Source: Psammoneis japonica
Lineage: Eukaryota
Assembly (NCBI GenBank): GCA_008632985.1
Contig: QPGO01000061.1
Location: 1-64,000 of the forward strand
Direction: 5' to 3'
DNA: 64,000 bases
Made by a program: the position numbers and the translations under genes. Below, piece by piece: positions 24,301 to 36,279 of the stretch (the first letter of the stretch is position 1; every line of letters begins with the position of its first letter). The notes below the pieces were generated by a model, which was given only the letters and a program-made list of their open reading frames with translations, did not search any database and was not told the origin of the DNA.

Positions 24301-26877
24301 AAGGTGCTTTCTGGCTCTGCTCCCAACATCAACCCACTCCTTCATTTTCAATGGTGGGAACCCGTGTGCTGTCACCTGGATGATTCCGACTGGCCGTCCG
24401 AATCAAGTGAGTTACATGGTTGCTTTGTTGGCATTGCCAAACATGTGGGTCATCAGATGACATTCAAGATTCTTTCTGACAACACTCAGAAGATTCTCCA
24501 CCGCTCAAAAGTGCGTTCCACCCGTGATCCGTCTGCTCCAAACCTGTGTCTTGATCCTCCTGACAACATGTCTGCCAAACCCATCATCAAATCCCTTCAC
24601 GACTCTGGGGATTCACCGGATTCACCAGATGGGGAGGCAATCAGGATGCCCAAAATGCCAGTTTTTGACCCCAAGGATGTCATTTGATGCACCTTCCTCA
24701 TGAAGCCACAGGAGGACGGACAACACCACAGAGCTCGTGTCGTCAAAGCCTTTGAGGACAATGACTGGAAAATTGGAGACAACCCTGAACCAGTCAAGTT
24801 CATTTGCTTTGTCAACAATGATGGGTGTGAGGAAGTCCCAGCCCACAATGACATCATGCACCACATCAAGCAAGAAGACGAGAACACTGCCCTCTGGAAG
24901 TTCCAGTGCATCATCTCACATGAAGGACCATTGCAACCCCATGATCCCTCTTGGAAAGGCTCAAGTTACAACGTCATGCTTGAGTGGGACAATGGGGAGA
25001 TCCCGTCCAAACCCCATGCCATCATTGCCAAGGATGATCCCATCACCTGTGCCATCTGTGCACATGAGCATGGCCTCATTGAAACCGAAGGATGATGGAG
25101 ATGTTTTTGCAAGACAGCTCTGCATCAGAAGAAGCCATTCTGCATGGCCAGTCAAGCCAAGTTACACTCCTTTTGCACTGCACCACGGTGCAAGCACGGG
25201 TGTGAAGTGCCCCAGGACTGCAAGCATGCCTTGGCCCTTGATGAGTGCAAAAGCAACCGCAAGTGGGGAGATGCAATGGACCTCAAGATGACTCAGCTTG
25301 ATGAGTGCAAGGTCTTCCACGACTGCAGACATTGCAAGGATTCCAGCGCTCCATCAGGACACAAGAAGATCCAGGTGCATCTCATCTGCGATGTCAAACA
25401 TGACAGACGGCACAAAGCAAGGCTTGTTGCCAATGGACACCTCACAGACGTGCCTGTCAAAACAGTGTCTGTTCAACAAACTAGAGACTTGGGCCACCAA
25501 CATTGGGAATGCATGTCTCAAAGCTGCAACCAAGGAGAAACTGTGCATCACAGCAGGCCCCAAGTTTGGCAAGCTGGAAGGACACATCCTTGTCATCCAC
25601 AAGGCCTTGTGCGGACTCCACAGCTCTGGCCTCAGATGGCATGAACGCTTTGCCGATTGCTTGCGTGCAGAAAGTTTCTTCCTGTGCAAAGCCGAACCCA
25701 ACATCTGGCTGCACAGGAATGGTGACCACTGCAAATGCATGGCAGTGCATGTGGACAACCTGGCCTTTGCCATGAAGGACCCTCAGGCTTTTGCAGACAC
25801 TCTCATGGAGAAACACAAGTTCAAGCTCAAGGGCATTGGACCATTGGAGTTCCATCTTGGTTGCAACTTCACCCATGATCCAGATGGCACCCTGTGCCTT
25901 GCTCCCCACAAGCACATTGAGCGCATGGTTGACAACTGCACATGCCTCTTTGGGGAGAAGCCCTGCACTGACATGCTTTCACCCCTTGACAAGGGTGACC
26001 ACCCTGAGCTTGACACCTCCGAGTTGCTCAAACCGGAGGGCATCCACCAATTTCAATCCTTGATTGGTTCCCTGCAATGGGCCGCATCTCTTGGTTGCAT
26101 TGACATTGCTGTGGCTGTCATGTCCCTGTCTGGCTTCCATGCAGTGCCCCACCAAGGCCACCCAGACCGTGCCAAATGCATCTGCGGATTCCCCTCTAAG
26201 ATGCATCATGGTGCCCTCCAAGTGTGCACCAAGGAGCCCGACTGTTTGGACCTTCCCAAGCCTGTGTGTGACTGGGCCCAATCTGTGTGTGGGGAGGTGG
26301 AAGAGCTGCTCCCGCAAGATGCACCCAAGCCACTTGGCAAGTTTGTCACCACAACACACTGCATTGATGCACACTTGTTCCATTGCATGCTTGCATCCTC
26401 CATTTCCTCAGTGAGTTTCCAGCTGATTGGTTCTCTGAGAAACAAGCAACAGTCGAGACTGCTGTGTGTGGATCCGAGCTTGTTGCCGCAAGGACATGCG
26501 TTGAGCATGTCATTGATCCACGTGTCCCTTTGTGTCACATTGGTGTCCCCATTTGTGAAACATGTCACATGTTTGGGGACAACAAGTTGGTTGTGGACAG
26601 TGCTGCCATCCCACACTCCAAGTTACACAAGCGGCACACTGCCCTCTTGTTCCATTGTGTGTGTGAGGCAATTGCCTCCAGTTTCCTCAAGTTTCATTTC
26701 ATCAAAGGCTCCCACAACCCAGCTGACATCCTCAGCAAGCATTGGGGCTGCTCCCAAGTCTGGAACCTCTTTTGTCCTCTAATGTTTTGGAACTTCAATC
26801 CCAAGGCTTTCAACCAATCTGACCTTGAATCTGTTGCTGTTGACCCCTCAAGCAAACTGGGGAGTGGCAGGATTTGA
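21361..26877 (+). pseudogene. gag-pol of copia B (stops, frameshifts, heavily hypermutated)
   Basis: Starts MVLTRQQQI as in copy A; LVDRGANGG, ATDTVHSDTPA, DVKHDRRHKARLVA, AVHVDNL, NPADILSKHW. Confidence 0.93.
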
Positions 26878-27110
26878 ACAAGATTTTAGTTTGTCACGCA
26901 CAATTGTGTGTGCTCTTAGTTCCGTGTGCGCCATGCGATGCAGTTTGCTTTCAAGCCACATGGCTCACAAGAACAATGACAGCAGTGCCTGCATCAACGA
27001 CACCAGTCTTTAAGCTCCTGTGATGGTCTCTGTGCAGAGACTCATCTGCTGTCCAGACAGCAGCAAGGAGTCATTGTTTTCTTCCACCCAGTCATCTTCA
27101 TTTTCTGTCA
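26865..27110 (+). repeat. 3' LTR of copia B
   Basis: Follows the PPT; followed by the TSD. Confidence 0.95.
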
Positions 27111-27837
27111 CTCTGGAGCCCTTGTGGTTTGCATTTGTGACCATGCAACTCAAGAAAGAATGCATGACACACTGCATTCTGCAAATGAGATGGAGCAAAG
27201 GAAAGAATGAGCATGACTGCTCAATCTGCCACATTTTTGTTGGCCTTGTGAGGCTCTGCTTTTGCCTTGGCCTTAGCTCTGGATGCATCACAGTTTGCAG
27301 AATTGATGACAGCATGGCCACAGACAATCCCTTGAGAGCGGTCTCTTGATCCTTGCTGCTGCCCTCAACATGGGTCACTTTTCCAACATGTGGTCCTCCC
27401 AAGACAGGGGTGCACAATGTGGTGTCGACTTTGACAACACCTTCCGTAACTTCAAAAGCGACGATGATTTGACAATGCTGGGAAACGCAGGGACAATGTC
27501 AGGCAAAAAAGAAAAAATCCATTCTGAGAGTCGATCAAGTGCTGAGCTGAAACCACCGCTGCACAAAAAAGCACTTCTTGCGCCGCATGGCATGTCCGTC
27601 TGCAATCCGCTGGTTCATCCATGAACCTGGTGAATGGCAGACCCTGCGTTTTAGTTATTCCTGTCTGCCTGTCCTCATGTTTCGGCGATTGTCAATGGCG
27701 ATTGTAGCGGGAGGAAGTAAAGATACCTCGCGTACAATGATCCTGAACACCGCAATGCGTTAATGATGCTAAGAACAGGCCTTTTTACTGAAAGAAGATA
27801 AAAGCTGGGTTCTTTTTGTTTTGAGAGAGCGTGTAGC

Positions 27838-29052
27838 ATGGCTCGTTCAACAAGTCTATTTTATTCGACAAGCTTTCTCGTTTTGACGGTCTCATTTGCC
27901 CTCCTCGGGTCGTTTTACTTTTCTTGGCGTGTGTGTATCCAGATTGATAAGGAACGAATTCAGCATGACATTGTTTCGTTCCATGATGGCCGCATCCATA
28001 AGGCTGCTACTGTCTCAAGAAAGTGCGCAACGTGGATTCCTCGTGAGAATCGCAAAGTGCTCTTTGTCGATCTGCCTACCATGGCGACCTTTCAACGTAC
28101 AAAGGAAAACTTGACAGAGAACCTTCTGTCCTTCAAGACGGGAGAGTTCTACATGTCTGCTGCATGTGATTTTGCGTTACAATCCAACGGCTTTGTAGTT
28201 GACGAAACACGATGGGACGACTTTGAAATCATGAAGCTTGAAGAACTCCAATCCTATCACAGAATTGTGGTTGGCTGTTTGTATTACAATTGGGATGCTT
28301 GCCCATGGGGTAAAAGTGATAGAAAAGGCCTTGCAAAAACAGTGAAGAGACTGGGACCAATTCAATGCAAAATGAGAGTCTTGTACTGGTGGGAGCACGA
28401 CGAAAACGAGACACCGCAGTTTCTTGGTCTCGACTTTCTACAGCCGCAACAAATCCTGACGCCATATGCTTTTAACAAGAAAAACATTCACCTTGGATAT
28501 TTCCCTCATGACTTGCTGGATACGAGGAATCACATGTCGGTACCAGAGCGAGAAAGGACTGGCTTAATACTGGGAAAAGATGCGGCATTTATCCTGTACG
28601 AAGAAACCTTGCAGACCTTGGAGGTGTTGCTCGACCACAACTTCACTCTGCACTCCACTTGTCATGACGGCAATTGTTCCATGTTGCCCAAACGAGTAAT
28701 CAATCATCCATACTTATCTCCTAAACAGTACGCCGCCTTGACAGAACAAGCGGCGTTTCTCCTTGGAGTTGGGTACCCCATTACGTCGCCATCTCCAATC
28801 GTGGCCATGAGCCGAGGCGCAGCATTCATAAACCCTATACAAGAGGGTGGAGATTCGCAGCACCCTCCCTTGGCACATCTTGGTCCTCCGTATGTATACA
28901 ACGTGAATTTGACTGACGCACAAGAGGTATTGCGAGCTGCCGAATCAAGCGTGAAGCACAGATTCTCTTCGTTTGTGCCTGCTGAATTCCGAGTTGAAAC
29001 TATAATCGATAGAGTCTGCGCCATGCTGGAGAATGAGTCGCCATGTTTATGA
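27838..29052 (+). CDS. Glycosyltransferase family 18 (MGAT5-like), copy 2
   Basis: 404-aa ORF nearly identical to 2062-3276; differences cluster at the N-terminus. Confidence 0.8.
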   Translation: MARSTSLFYSTSFLVLTVSFALLGSFYFSWRVCIQIDKERIQHDIVSFHDGRIHKAATVSRKCATWIPRENRKVLFVDLPTMATFQRTKENLTENLLSFKTGEFYMSAACDFALQSNGFVVDETRWDDFEIMKLEELQSYHRIVVGCLYYNWDACPWGKSDRKGLAKTVKRLGPIQCKMRVLYWWEHDENETPQFLGLDFLQPQQILTPYAFNKKNIHLGYFPHDLLDTRNHMSVPERERTGLILGKDAAFILYEETLQTLEVLLDHNFTLHSTCHDGNCSMLPKRVINHPYLSPKQYAALTEQAAFLLGVGYPITSPSPIVAMSRGAAFINPIQEGGDSQHPPLAHLGPPYVYNVNLTDAQEVLRAAESSVKHRFSSFVPAEFRVETIIDRVCAMLENESPCL

Positions 29053-29269
29053 AAACCTTCTTTGTGGTCCCAAGGCATTACATATTATATTGACTATAAG
29101 AGCTGGAAGCCTCAACAAAATCCTCAAGTGTCACAGAAGTTTAACGCCCTACAGTAATCATTCCAACATCTTCTCAGTGGTGAAAAAAAGCTACGACAGA
29201 ACAAGATACGAAAATGTATCGGTATTGATTCTGACAAAATGTATGTAGCCTAACCATTGCTGCTTTATG

Positions 29270-29295
29270 CTCTCTCTCTCTCTCTCTCTCTCTCT
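29270..29295. repeat. (CT)n microsatellite
   Basis: About 13 CT units; only about 3 at the paralogous site near 3490. Confidence 0.9.
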
Positions 29296-30583
29296 GATGG
29301 AGGATTCTTGGTAGATCCTATGTATGCGTACTCCCTTGGCATATTTGAGATCGGATCTTTTCTTTAAGACGATCGCGGTACAAATAAAATGCGCCATCCT
29401 AGAACTGTAAAAGATCCCTCAAAACAATCCGACCTCGTCATCTCGTCCACGCTTCGAGATACGCGTTTCGAACAGTTTGTCTCTGCCAGTATTCTTGCAG
29501 AACCACAAACAGTCCACTCCTTTGCTTACATTGTAAACAGAAATCGTCGCCCCGCCAAAGCCTTCTCCAGGTTTGAGGCTGTGCAACAAAATGCGATCGT
29601 ACATTAAAATCGATGAAGGCTTTCGCAAAGCAACAAAGGTTATTGTCCGTCTTACTCTAGAATGTACCGACCAGCGTCACGAATTCCTCCCACCGTCTTG
29701 GAAGGCCTCATGTCTCTACTCAAGTCTTTGTTTCCAATCAAAACGACGAAAAAAGACTCACGATGCGGAGTGGCATTGATGCAAAAAAAAAAACAAATCA
29801 TTTACATTCATTAAATTACAAAACCAGTCATGTCGCCTACGAGGATCGCCTCTGCCTCAATCACTCAACCAATGTTGTTGAGTTTTTCGATGTGATCATT
29901 CGCCAATTTATTCTAACTGGCGTTTTGGTTGCTAACCCAAATTCCAAGCCGGGATTTTCCGCGTTATCTATTGGAAGTCTGCACAGTTACCATACTCATA
30001 CGATGCAATTGGACTGGAAACTTCTCAGCCTCGTGCAACAACAGATCTCGAGGTAGGCACTAGATGAGAGGGCGGCCGAGCTGGCCGGTGAAAATCGATG
30101 ATGAGATTCGATCGGCGCTCAACTTCCAAATATGTGAAATAGAAAGTAGAGAAACTGTAGGGCAAAACTCTCGACACAATAATCTATGTGTTATGGAATG
30201 AAGTGATCAAACTATAATGTTAATGTGAAAGGGTATTTTACATCATCCTTGGTTCGCCGTTGACAAGCTACGTCCAAGTGATGCAAACGTCCATGCAATC
30301 AAATGAAGCACGTTCGAGTGGCACATGTATGCTTCGAATGTGGGAAGAAACCAAAAGCCCGACCACGGAGTCTCAGTTATTGCAATCCAATGACAACTTA
30401 CGGTTCCTCCCCAACGAAAGTGTTAATACAAAGTATGAAACATGCAATGCACAGGGAAATGCCCTCCTTCTTTCTACTCTCGAGAGACCATTCTCCAAAT
30501 GCAGATACTGAATATGTATGCAGAACACGAGGCAACTTACCAATGTTCTGCAAATATGCAATATGCAACAAATAAATTAATCC

Positions 30584-32065
30584 TTACCAGTCGTCCAAGT
30601 AGTGCTTAGTGCTGATCTGGAACGCCGCAACGTCATGGTTGTCGGCTTCGTCTAAGGTCCCGGCTGTGAAGCCGACGAAGACCTGTCGGTCTCTGGAGTA
30701 TCCGCCGAATCTGCAGGCCAGACATGTATGGGCTCGGAGAACGGGGTAGGAAGGCTTGCGTCTATGTTGCCAACGATCGTGATAGACAGACACGGTTGAT
30801 CTATCGTAGTCTACCCACAAGCCTCCATAATCTCCGGCTAACGTGCGAACTGGACGATAGGAGGTTTCGGCAAGCTCTTCGATAGTTCCGTCGTCCTTGA
30901 CGAACTGGATATGAATGTGATTCATACTGTCGTCATTTTTATTTGTCGTCTTGTCTGAGAAAAGAGAGATCCAAGGTGAGAACATCCAAAGAGTGAGGCA
31001 GCTGAAGAAGATTAACAAGGAAAAAGTTTCCACCATGATACTTACATGAATCTATCTCAACCACAAGTGCAGGTTTAGGTCCACCGTGGTCATAGACACC
31101 AAGAGCACCGCCGGGATTGCCAACGGAATAAGCACTATCCTTGTGCATGGTGAATGTCATTCCAGAGGCTGCCCCAGCGTTATTACCATACATGCGGTAG
31201 ACCATTTTCATCGAGAAGAAGAAATCGTTCCGAGACATGGTCAGCGGAAGGAACGCGGAAGAGGCTTGTTCACTTGGCCTGTCAGGAGTGAGACGTATTG
31301 CGCAACAGTGCGGGCAAAGCCTGATGGTCTTTGGATAATCGCTGTATTCTTTTAAAGAATACCCATTGAGTTCAAAATCCGGGACATCGTCGCAATGGCC
31401 GCGCCAATCATACTCGTTAAGGTCTGCGCAGCCACCAGGGTCCGTGAGCGTCACATATCCAATGCACGAATCGGTTTGACCACACCTGTTCGTAACAGTG
31501 AGAGTAACACGGGTTGTACCGATTTGGTAATAACTCCCGGGCTTCTGATTTTTCCTTACGAGAGGACGACCCGAGGGGTCGTATGACCCGTCGTCAATCG
31601 ACACCCACCTGCGATCGCACGCGGGTGGGCGCCTGGCTTTCATGGTCACATCCTTGCAAAGTGCCACAGGTCTGCAGCAGCAGTGAGGGCAGCAGTAGGC
31701 CCCGTCAGTTCCGCCTTCTGGAACGACACCGTCGGGGTCCTAAAGAGAAACACAGAGAAGCAGTGATTTGAGACGATTCATGATTGGACCGATGCCGAAG
31801 CGCTGTGCATCATTGCCAGACCATATGGAAGCGACTTACCTCCACTGGCAAAGCAGGAGAGTTGTCCTTATCCGTGTCTTAAAGGCATCAGTAATTGCAT
31901 TCGTGTGCGAAATGTGCAGATGCGAACAGCAATGTGTCAGCAAGAACGAGGGCATGAAATTTACCGAGTCTCCAAATCATGTCAACAGTTGGCATGCGCT
32001 GCTTCCTCACCTTGAGCATGCGCAACAAGGATAAGAGAGGCTATAAGGAAGGTATCAAATCGCAT
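30584..32065 (-). CDS. Secreted HYR-like + L-type lectin protein, copy 2
   Basis: Same 4-exon structure; VVEIDS, WVDYD, VFVGFTAGT; stop at 30584. Confidence 0.85.
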
Positions 32066-35000
32066 GAGAATCGATCGTTACTATAACAATGCAAAAGTAG
32101 CTGATTCGTTGTCGTCGTGTTTTGACTTTTTCTTTTTTATGGGAAGTCCTTTGTGTGAATACCGATTGCATGCAGTGCCTCGTCCTTTGGTTTGTCTGAT
32201 GGCTCCACTTCTCGCCCAATAGGAAGACGAGACCAAGCGATGTCTTAAATGTTCAGGAACATTTAAACGGTGAATGGGAATTCAAGACATGATGTACTTA
32301 ACGAGAAAGTTTTTAATTATTTGTAGTCAGGGCATAATGAATGAATACGGTGAATAAGAATTAATTAAAGGCAAGATGTATTTAACGAGAAAGTTATTAT
32401 CCAATTGTCGGAAATATCCAACTTTAAATGACATTATTGAATATGGAACATGTTCTTGGCAGAGATCATACAACCATCAAGCCATCGACATCGTCATGAT
32501 AAATGTTCAAGAACATTTAAAGTCGCGTTTTTGACAGCGTCCTGGATGTCCCACGCGCGGACAACATCAGCAGCTTGTTTTTAAATGTCAGAGAACATTT
32601 AGAGTCGCGTTTTTGCACACAACAGCTTCCGTTTTTTACCGTTCGCGAAAAAAGTTCGCACACTCTGTTTCTTGGACAAAATTTCACTCATCATCCACGT
32701 CACGACCCCACCCTTCCAATCGATCTTCTGCATCGAATCCCCAAGAGCTGCGCCTGATGACTCGCCCCAGCCCCAGCAGGTGGGGGCTTGTGCTGCTGGG
32801 CTGTGACACCAACAGTTTTTGTCACATGCAGCAGTGGGCGCCCGCACATTTTTGCACAACTGTGGCAGAATTTTGTGCCACTTTGTGCAGCGAATTTGCT
32901 GGGAAATCCACTTGACAACATTTTTGGCGTGTTGTTTTGCTCAAAGCCAGCATCCTTGCCCCCCCCCCAAGTGATTGCAAATGACCACATGGCTTTTGAG
33001 CACAAGAAGCTGCCTGTTCGCTCGTGCACTGAGCTGGCACAGTGTGCTGCTTGATTGACAAAAAAGGGAGCTCAATTTCTGGAGCACTTGGCTCAATCAT
33101 CTAGAGCTGGTGGCTGCTGCCGAGCATGCTTGAGTCATCATCTGTGCAGCACCATCAAAGAAGTGTGGACAATGTCAGTGGATGTCTTCAGCCATTGTGC
33201 AACTTGGGGCGGTGCACTGCACTTGCTTTCTCAAGGGTGAAACACAAGAATTTCAACAACGACACACAGATTTGCAAGGTTGCAAGATGCACACCTTTGC
33301 TCGCTCACACCGCCATTGGAGCAGACTTCAATGATGTCATGCGAGCAACACCGCCGCAGTGCTGCACTCATGTTTGTGCCCAGCACTGCATTTGTGTGGA
33401 ACATGGGTCACCTGTGCTGCACTGGTGGTTTGTCTGTGTCAGTTTTTTGTGCCTTTTACTTTGACAGATTTCTCAACATCTCTTGATCTTTGGAGTTTTT
33501 GCTGTAGCTCCTTGACTGCATCTCAAATGCGTGCCTTGTTGCACCCTTCCAAGCCCTCTCTCACATCATGTTGTGCCTTGAAGTTCTTGTGGCTGGCCAA
33601 CTTTGTTGCTGCAGCATGTGCCAGGCTCACTCAAGACAGAGGTTTTGCCTTTTGGGGTTGAAGCACTTCAATGTCCCTGTCAGACATCTCAGAGAAGTCT
33701 TTGACACTGTCCAGAGTGGTTGCGTGTTTTCTTGATTGGCGGCTGTGTGAGTGTTGTGCCCAGCTCTCAGCATGCTCTGGCAACTTGACTTTGACTTTAC
33801 AGCGAATCTGACTGTGCTTCTTCTGCATCTCTTCTGCACCCCTTTTGCATCTTCTGCTGTCATTCCCTTGGCTGGGAAAAGCAATGCTGATGCACCAAGT
33901 GATGACTCAACTCTCTTCACATGCTTGGGCTTTGACTGCAATGAAAACAGCCCTCAATCTCAGGAGGTGCCTTTGACAGCTCAACCTCTCTGACACTCAT
34001 GTTTTGAATGATGCACTGATCATGTCTGCACAACCCTCATCATGTGGGCATCTCCTTCAATGCAGCAGAGCAAGTTTGCTTAAACTCTGGGATTTTGGCA
34101 CACACTCTGGTGTGTCCCACTTGCCAAAAGGCACTGTGCTGCCCACCAAATGAAGGTGCTTCATCTTTTCATAAAGCACTCTTTCAACTGAGACAATGTT
34201 TGCCATTTCAAGGCTGCACATCTCTTGTTGCTGCACTGCACCAGGGCTGGCAGCAGGGGATGCATCTTGCTGATGTCAAGCACCACTTCTTCCGCATGTT
34301 GCTTCTGTCCACCTGCCAAGTTTTTTGTCAACAGTTGACCCATTGTGCTGTGACCACTGGGCTGCAATCTCCATTTGTTGTTGCAATGTTGTGGTGATAA
34401 ATGCTTCTGCACACCTTTTGCTTTTTGCACCTCATGCCACACCATGCTTTGAGTGCAAAATCTCAAAGTGTGCAATTGACTAGAAGATGAGACCAGATGA
34501 TGTCTCAAATGACATTCAGGAACATTTGACCAATTCAAGACACGATGCATTTAAGGAAAAAACAATTGTCAGTTTGTCAGCTTGCCCAAAATTAAGACAA
34601 GCCAGACAATGCCCTGAATGTTCAGGAACCTGATGCATTTTAGGACAAATGCTTTTTTCAATTTGTCAGAAACCTCTGAACCTAAATGACATTGTTGTGT
34701 GTGGAATGTGTTGCAAAAGCATTCCTGGCACGGAGCATGCAACATTGTCAAGGTCAACACTGGCATGACGAATGTTCAAGAAGATTTAAAGTTGCATTTT
34801 TGTGTCCATGTCCCACTGGTGGCAGCTGCTGCTGCAGCTTGTTGAGTGTCAAAGAACATTTGTGAGTTGCATTTTTGTGTGCAACAGCTTCCAACTTTTT
34901 TTGTCATTTGCTAAAAAAGTTCATGCACTCCATTTCTTGGACAAAATTTCACTCTGAATCAAAAGGGTTTCTGCACAGAAATGGCAATCTTCTGTGTCAC

Positions 35001-36279
35001 AGCCCTTTGGCAATCATCCACATCACATGACCCCACTCTTCCAACCAATCTTCTGCTGCACATGGGATCCCGTTGTGCCAGCAAGCAGCAGTCATCCCTT
35101 TTTGCCTCAACCCAAAGCTTCAGAGGGCTTCTGAGGGGTTGTCAAGGGTCTGAGAAAGTTGCTCATGATGTTGTGGGCAAGCCAGCAGGGCTCCATTGTC
35201 ACGTGTGCCAGGCTTGTTGGTGCACTTGGCAGCATGATTGGCAGTTGAGTGCCCTCAACACAAATGGGTCTCACCCATTGTTTTTGATGCCACACTCAGC
35301 ATGCCAACCCCAGATTTCACCCATGTCATCAGCACAGATTGGCCCCATGTGGGCTCTTTCTTGGGCATGTGCTCCAATTCTTTGTCTTGCGTGCCAGCCC
35401 CTTCTTGGGCCTTCTTCTTCTGGCCAGCTTTGCACTGTTTTTTGCATGCAGAACAAGTGTGTTTGGTGCACCCAACTGTGTCACAGCCACAACAATGTTC
35501 AATGTTTTGTGATGACAGAGTCCTTCAGAGAGCAAGGTTGGTTTGGGGCAGTTTTAGGTTGTCAGGGCAATGCAAAGAGCAAGGTGACCATAAATCCACT
35601 TGGTCTGATGAGTGAAGTGACTTCTGTTGCAAATTGTTTGTCCTCTCTGCAACACTTCTGCATGAATTTTCTGGCAGTCAACTCACTCTGGCTTTGGCAA
35701 AGTCTGAGCAAATGTTGACAGAGGGTGAGATTAGTGCAGGGGTTTGGGCACACTGAAATGCAACAACAACGGCAGATGGAGAAATCTCCTGAGCACCACA
35801 ACAACTCCCTTTTGACTTGGTTCAAGAATGGCAGCACAGAGGAACAAGCAGTGATTCTGAAGACTCTGCTGGTGACACAGAAGAGGCCACTTCTTCCTGC
35901 CAACCACAGTGCACAGTGCATGGCAGGCCAATCTTCACCACTTCTGATCAGCTTGCCACAAGTCTTGGCGACAAAGCCAACAAGGCCAACAGGACCAAGG
36001 TCCAACAGCTGGCATCTTTGGGGACCTCCGTGGGGTCACAAAGTTGGCACTTGTGCTCCAAATGCTTGACAAGGTCTGGCTTTTTGTTGAAGACTTGGTG
36101 GTTAAAGAACTTTTGGAGGGGATGTGCTCAATGTTTTGGTCAGAGTGGCAGAGCCTGTGTCTGCTGACAATGCACTGTCTGTCTGTGTTCTTGTCTTGAC
36201 TGAGCTTTGGTCATGAGCTTGGTGCAATCCTCTCAAGGGTTGGGGAGTCAAGCAATGATGCAGCGAGCTTCTCCTTTGC

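Larger units (their letters stand above)
20282..27110 (+). mobile_element. Full-length Ty1/copia (CoDi-like) LTR retrotransposon B, same family as A
   Basis: 246-bp LTRs at 20282-20527 and 26865-27110. TSD CTCTG at 20277-20281 and 27111-27115. PPT aaactggggag before the 3' LTR. Confidence 0.97.
19040..27320. mobile_element. Foldback-like non-autonomous element with long inverted arms, interrupted by copia B
   Basis: Inner inverted repeat ~19633-19791 vs ~19905-20066. Outer arm ~19080-19450 is reverse-complementary to ~20150-20281 plus 27116-27320 (e.g. aggccaaggcaaaagcagagcc / ggctctgcttttgccttggcct). Confidence 0.65.

Noticed and set aside
9013..26877. Alternative genetic code (Cys/His codons read as Tyr)
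   Set aside because: Neighbouring genes use TAY for Tyr normally, and sister copies show Tyr, Cys or His at the same site.
9013..26877. ADAR-type RNA editing, APOBEC editing or classical RIP as the cause
   Set aside because: Changes occur on both strands and in MITEs and a host gene remnant; RIP and APOBEC give C to T, which would create rather than remove TpA.
33100..34470. Possible Mutator-like transposase (DDDSS motif on - strand near 33135)
   Set aside because: A single short motif in very degenerate sequence; no other motifs confirmed.
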